Source: Nitrospirae bacterium JdFR-81 (lineage in GTDB: Bacteria > Nitrospirota > Thermodesulfovibrionia > UBA6902). From it: a stretch of 64,000 bases of DNA. Both the position numbers and the translations under genes were made by a program. The DNA lies in contig MTOQ01000058.1 of assembly GCA_002011735.1 (NCBI GenBank), forward strand, positions 91 through 64,090, read 5' to 3'. Positions 59,989 through 64,000 of this stretch are shown here, piece by piece (the first letter of the stretch is position 1; every line of letters begins with the position of its first letter). A model generated the notes under the pieces. That model saw nothing but the letters and a program-made list of their open reading frames with translations, made no database searches and was not told the DNA's origin.

Positions 59989-62838
59989 GTGATGGGACGG
60001 ATAACACCATTGATCAAGGGCATACTTATATGTACAACAATACTCCTACTCGCCCTTTATGCCTTTATAAGGTCCCCCTATCTGACAGACTCTGTTGAGT
60101 GGCTCCTGAATAGATATGCAGGTATCGAGATAGAGATAGGCTCTATAAATCTCTCAAGAAGGACAACGATCAGGGATGTGATGGTTAGAATGCCCGACGG
60201 CCCACTCCCCCTCTTAAAGATCAGGATGGTGAGAATCCGCATGAACCCCTTGCGCCTTCTAAATGGAGAGATCGACGGGATAGAGCTGACAGAGCCTGAG
60301 ATCACCCTTGATCTTACGTCTTCAGGGGGTGGTAACAAGGGGATGGGACGGTCCATAAGGGTGAATACCCTGAGGATCGATGGAGGAAGGATGATGGTAA
60401 GGACAAGGGAGGCTGAATACATCCATATAAGATCAATAAACCTTGTGATGAAGGAGAAGACACCAGGGAAGGTCATGGCAAAGGGTAGCCTTTATATCGA
60501 GGAGCTCAGGACAGATATACCAGTGGATATGACATTTGACCTCGGAAAGATGGAGATAGAGGACGGCCATCTCCACATGGTATATGATGAACTCGGGGCT
60601 GTCACAGGTGGAAGGGTGACAGGTGGTCTGGATATGGACATCACCATCTCCACAGAGGATGGACTGACAGCCATCATAGATGCCCTTTATAAGGATATCG
60701 TTTACATCGGCAGAAGGGCATTAAGTGCAGGGGGTGGACGGATGAGACTCCTCCTGAGATTCTCATCCGATCTTGAGGATGTGCGGTTCCAGGTAAATGG
60801 CAGTGGTTCCTATACCCTGTATGGAAGGGAGGACAATTACAGCCTCGACCTCAAGGGCTCATACGGTGTGAAGAAGGGGAGGATGGTGATAGATGAGGCG
60901 TCATTAAACTCAACACTCTATGGCAATCTCACACTCAGAGGCCGTATAGAGGACATACCATCAGGCAGGGTGAGCCTCGACCTTACCCTGAAGACCAGAG
61001 GGCCTGAGTTAGGGAGGCTCGGAGAGGTCTTTAAGGTGCAGGGGGAGACAGATGCCCGTATCCGTTCGGTCTTCTTGATAAAGGGGGAGGGGGATAGACC
61101 AGATATCAAAGGGAGGGTGCAGATCAAGGGGAGGTATTTTAAAGGGGAAGGGATCGATATCAGGGGCATCAGGGCCATGATTCCTGTTGAATACAGGGAT
61201 GGCTCAATTCGTATAAAAGGGGCCTCCATGGTTATGGATGAGGCAGAATACCTATCAGGCGACAGGGGATACCTGCTGAAGGGTTCTTTAGAGATAAGCC
61301 CTCAACTCAGCATGGACATACCTGATGGCCTTATAAAGGCCCATATCAGGCTGGCCCTGAGGGATGGAGGCCTCTCTACACCTGATGAATCACTGGTGGC
61401 CGAGGGACTGAGGATAGAGGCAGATATGGATGCAGAATCCTCATATCCAGCAGATGAGGTAGGCTTCACAATATCAGGGATGGCGACAGGCCTTGAACTG
61501 CTGGTCGGGAGTTTTTATGGAGACTTTACCCATAAAGATATAAAATTCTCCTCCACGGGCAGATATTCCATGGATAGGGATCTGCTCGACATAAGACAGG
61601 CAGGGATAGACCTCCAGGATATCGGCACCTTCACCTTTTCAGGCAATATCTCCAGGATCACCAGCTCTCCTGCTATTGATGCAGAACTGATCATTAAAGG
61701 ATTAAGGAACGATAATGTATATGACCTCTTCATAAAGGATACATTCAGGGAATCAATTCCCCTCCCGGGCAGACTGAATACAGATGGTAGGACCTCCATA
61801 AGACTTTCATTAAAGAGTTCAGGAGGTCTTACCCAGGTGGATGGCATGATCTATCTTGATGATGTGGATATAAGGGGTGATGGATTCTCCATAGAGGGTA
61901 TTGATCTGGCCATGCCTGTGGAGATCTCATACCCTCTAACAGAGCAGACAGGGGTGCCCTCCTATGGATCATTGAGGATAGGGGCCATATCGATGGGTGG
62001 TGTAGAGATAGATGGACTCTCACTCTCTCCCACGATCTGGCATAATGAGCTCATATTCAGGGATGACATACTGGTCCCGGTCCTGGGTGGAGAGGTGGTA
62101 TTAAGGGGTGTCAGGTTTGGAGGGATAATGGATGATGAGCCTGTCCTGAGCTTCTCATCCGAGATAAGGGGCGTGGACCTCCAGATGCTCACAAGGGCAC
62201 TCGATATACAGAGGTTCGGAGGGAACATATCAGGGAGCATCCCGAAGGCAAGGCTCTCTCGTAACAGCCTGACAGTAGATGGCGAGGTCGTGATTCGTGC
62301 CTTTGGAGGCGAGATCCGTATAACCGAACTATCGGTGAATAACCTGTTCAGCAATATACCATCGATAAGGACATCCATCCAGCTTAATGATATAGACCTT
62401 GGTATGCTGACCGATACATTTGAATTCGGCAAGATCACAGGGGTGATGAATGGTTATGTGAGAGACCTCGTGATCACCAATGGTGAGGTCGAGAGGTTTG
62501 ACATCTCCCTTGAGAGCATAAAAAAGAGGGGGGTCAGCCAGTGGATCAGTGTAAAGGCATTAAAGAAGATATCCATCCTCGGCTCAGGAGGCCCGGCATC
62601 CATCCTCGACAGGGGTATATACCGATTATTCAAGAGATACAGATACGAGAAGATGGGCATCAGGGGAGGGCTGAGGAACGACAGGATGGTGCTCCACGGA
62701 ATAATGAGGCAGGGCGACAGGGAATATATCGTGAAAGGAGGCCTCCTGCCCCCGAAGGTCGATGTCATAAGTTACACACAGGAGATCTCCTTCAAGGAGC
62801 TCATAAGGAGGCTCAGGAGGATAAGAGAGGTGGAGTAA
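59989..62838 (+). CDS. AsmA/TamB-like large envelope-biogenesis protein
   Basis: 949 aa with an N-terminal TM anchor and a long Gly/Asp-rich predicted beta body. The family call rests on overall architecture only. Confidence 0.45.
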   Translation: MMGRITPLIKGILICTTILLLALYAFIRSPYLTDSVEWLLNRYAGIEIEIGSINLSRRTTIRDVMVRMPDGPLPLLKIRMVRIRMNPLRLLNGEIDGIELTEPEITLDLTSSGGGNKGMGRSIRVNTLRIDGGRMMVRTREAEYIHIRSINLVMKEKTPGKVMAKGSLYIEELRTDIPVDMTFDLGKMEIEDGHLHMVYDELGAVTGGRVTGGLDMDITISTEDGLTAIIDALYKDIVYIGRRALSAGGGRMRLLLRFSSDLEDVRFQVNGSGSYTLYGREDNYSLDLKGSYGVKKGRMVIDEASLNSTLYGNLTLRGRIEDIPSGRVSLDLTLKTRGPELGRLGEVFKVQGETDARIRSVFLIKGEGDRPDIKGRVQIKGRYFKGEGIDIRGIRAMIPVEYRDGSIRIKGASMVMDEAEYLSGDRGYLLKGSLEISPQLSMDIPDGLIKAHIRLALRDGGLSTPDESLVAEGLRIEADMDAESSYPADEVGFTISGMATGLELLVGSFYGDFTHKDIKFSSTGRYSMDRDLLDIRQAGIDLQDIGTFTFSGNISRITSSPAIDAELIIKGLRNDNVYDLFIKDTFRESIPLPGRLNTDGRTSIRLSLKSSGGLTQVDGMIYLDDVDIRGDGFSIEGIDLAMPVEISYPLTEQTGVPSYGSLRIGAISMGGVEIDGLSLSPTIWHNELIFRDDILVPVLGGEVVLRGVRFGGIMDDEPVLSFSSEIRGVDLQMLTRALDIQRFGGNISGSIPKARLSRNSLTVDGEVVIRAFGGEIRITELSVNNLFSNIPSIRTSIQLNDIDLGMLTDTFEFGKITGVMNGYVRDLVITNGEVERFDISLESIKKRGVSQWISVKALKKISILGSGGPASILDRGIYRLFKRYRYEKMGIRGGLRNDRMVLHGIMRQGDREYIVKGGLLPPKVDVISYTQEISFKELIRRLRRIREVE

Positions 62839-62886
62839 ACCTTGCCTCTTTTTGAATTTTCAGTATAATTATATAAGGCCTTTAAG

Positions 62887-64000
62887 ATGATGAGATTATG
62901 GTATAGGATCTTTTGTCTCCTCCTGCCTGCCCTCCTGTATGCCTGTGCCACAGCAGGCCCGGAGATCGCATGGGTTGAGGAGTCGGTCCCAACCACTGGG
63001 CCTGTCGTCGCGGGGGAAGACAACAGCCACCCAACCGATGCCCTGCACCCTGAAAAGCCTGTGGCCACACCGAAGGAGACCGTTGAGCCCACGGTTAAGG
63101 AGGCAAAAGACTCGATCACAGAGGATGAACAGGACATCCTTGATAATGCCCTTGACTTCTATCAGGCCTCCCAGGAGTTCTGGTCCCGTGGTGAGCTTGA
63201 GGAGGCGCTTGAGGCCCTTGATGAGGCATACTCCCTTATCCTCAAGGTAGGGACAGACAACGACCCCGAGGTGCTCCAGCAGAAGGAGGACCTCAGGTTC
63301 ATGATCTCAAAGAGGATACTCGAGATCTACGCATCCAGATACACAGCGGTCAATGGCAATCACGAGGCGATCCCGCTGACCATGAACAAGTATGTGGAGT
63401 ATGAGATCAAGAACTTCCAGACTGTTGAGAGGGACTTCTTCCTCAGGGCATACAAGAGATCAGGGAGATACCGTCCCATGATAGTCGAGGCATTAAGGGA
63501 GGCAGGCCTGCCGGAGGAGCTGTCATGGCTACCATTGATAGAGAGTGGATTCAAGGTGAAGGCCATGTCCCGTGCAAGGGCGATGGGCCTGTGGCAGTTC
63601 ATCGCATCAACAGGATACAAATATGGACTCAAGAGAGACACATGGATAGATGAGAGGCTTGACCCTGAGAAATCCACTGCATCGGCCATTGCTTACCTTA
63701 AGGAATTGCACGATATATTCGGCGACTGGACCACCGTACTTGCCGCATACAACTGTGGTGAGGGGAACGTGCTCAGGGTGATAAGGCAGCAGAGGATAAA
63801 CTACCTTGATAACTTCTGGGACCTTTACGAGAGGCTCCCCAGAGAGACCGCGCGCTATGTCCCGCGCTTCCTGGCAACACTGCATATCATTAAAGACCCT
63901 GAGAGATACGGGTTTGACCTTGGCGAGCCTGAAAAGCCGATCCCATACGAGCTCGTCAATGTGAACAAGCAGATGACCCTTAAGTCCATTGCAAGGGCGA
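62887..64000 (+). CDS. Lytic transglycosylase-domain lipoprotein (Slt/MltD-like), 3'-partial, runs off the window
   Basis: An open frame from the ATG at 62887 to the window end that is not in the ORF track. It has a lipobox LLYAC and an SLT active-site region (WLPLIESGFKVKAMSRARAMGLWQF...AAYNCGEGNV). Confidence 0.65.
   Translation, partial: MMRLWYRIFCLLLPALLYACATAGPEIAWVEESVPTTGPVVAGEDNSHPTDALHPEKPVATPKETVEPTVKEAKDSITEDEQDILDNALDFYQASQEFWSRGELEEALEALDEAYSLILKVGTDNDPEVLQQKEDLRFMISKRILEIYASRYTAVNGNHEAIPLTMNKYVEYEIKNFQTVERDFFLRAYKRSGRYRPMIVEALREAGLPEELSWLPLIESGFKVKAMSRARAMGLWQFIASTGYKYGLKRDTWIDERLDPEKSTASAIAYLKELHDIFGDWTTVLAAYNCGEGNVLRVIRQQRINYLDNFWDLYERLPRETARYVPRFLATLHIIKDPERYGFDLGEPEKPIPYELVNVNKQMTLKSIARA

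Overview
This 64 kb window reads as a chromosomal segment from a moderately GC-rich anaerobe. Gene content and codon usage (AGG/AGA arginine, ATA isoleucine) are consistent with a Nitrospirota or Thermodesulfovibrio-like lineage, but that cannot be verified without a search. Most genes are housekeeping or signalling: a membrane-bound group-1 [NiFe] uptake hydrogenase operon, groES-groEL with a CIRCE operator, a complete pstSCAB-phoU-phoBR cluster with a Pho-box promoter, radA, one tRNA-Met, rnhA-rnr, yajC-secDF-recJ, a class II ribonucleotide reductase, nucleoside and purine transporters, hsp20, and several PAS/GAF/HD-GYP c-di-GMP signalling proteins. I found no transposase, integrase or CRISPR array. 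The strongest finding is in the hydrogenase large subunit. It is a single continuous reading frame, but the two conserved N-terminal nickel-ligand cysteines of the R-x-C-G-x-C motif are both encoded by in-frame TGA, while the C-terminal DPCxxC motif is ordinary. Because TGA is a normal stop elsewhere in the window, this points to a di-selenocysteine [NiFe] hydrogenase with selenium on the opposite side of the active site from classical [NiFeSe] enzymes. A second in-frame TGA links a pentaheme cytochrome c to its downstream ORF. Other notable items are two ZraP/Spy-like Gly/Met-rich periplasmic paralogs, a metal-handling cluster that includes a small YHS gene missing from the ORF track, three translationally coupled sensor genes sharing a coiled-coil tail, an AT-rich HD-GYP island with a 21-bp tandem repeat, and a degraded HEPN-like small-ORF island.
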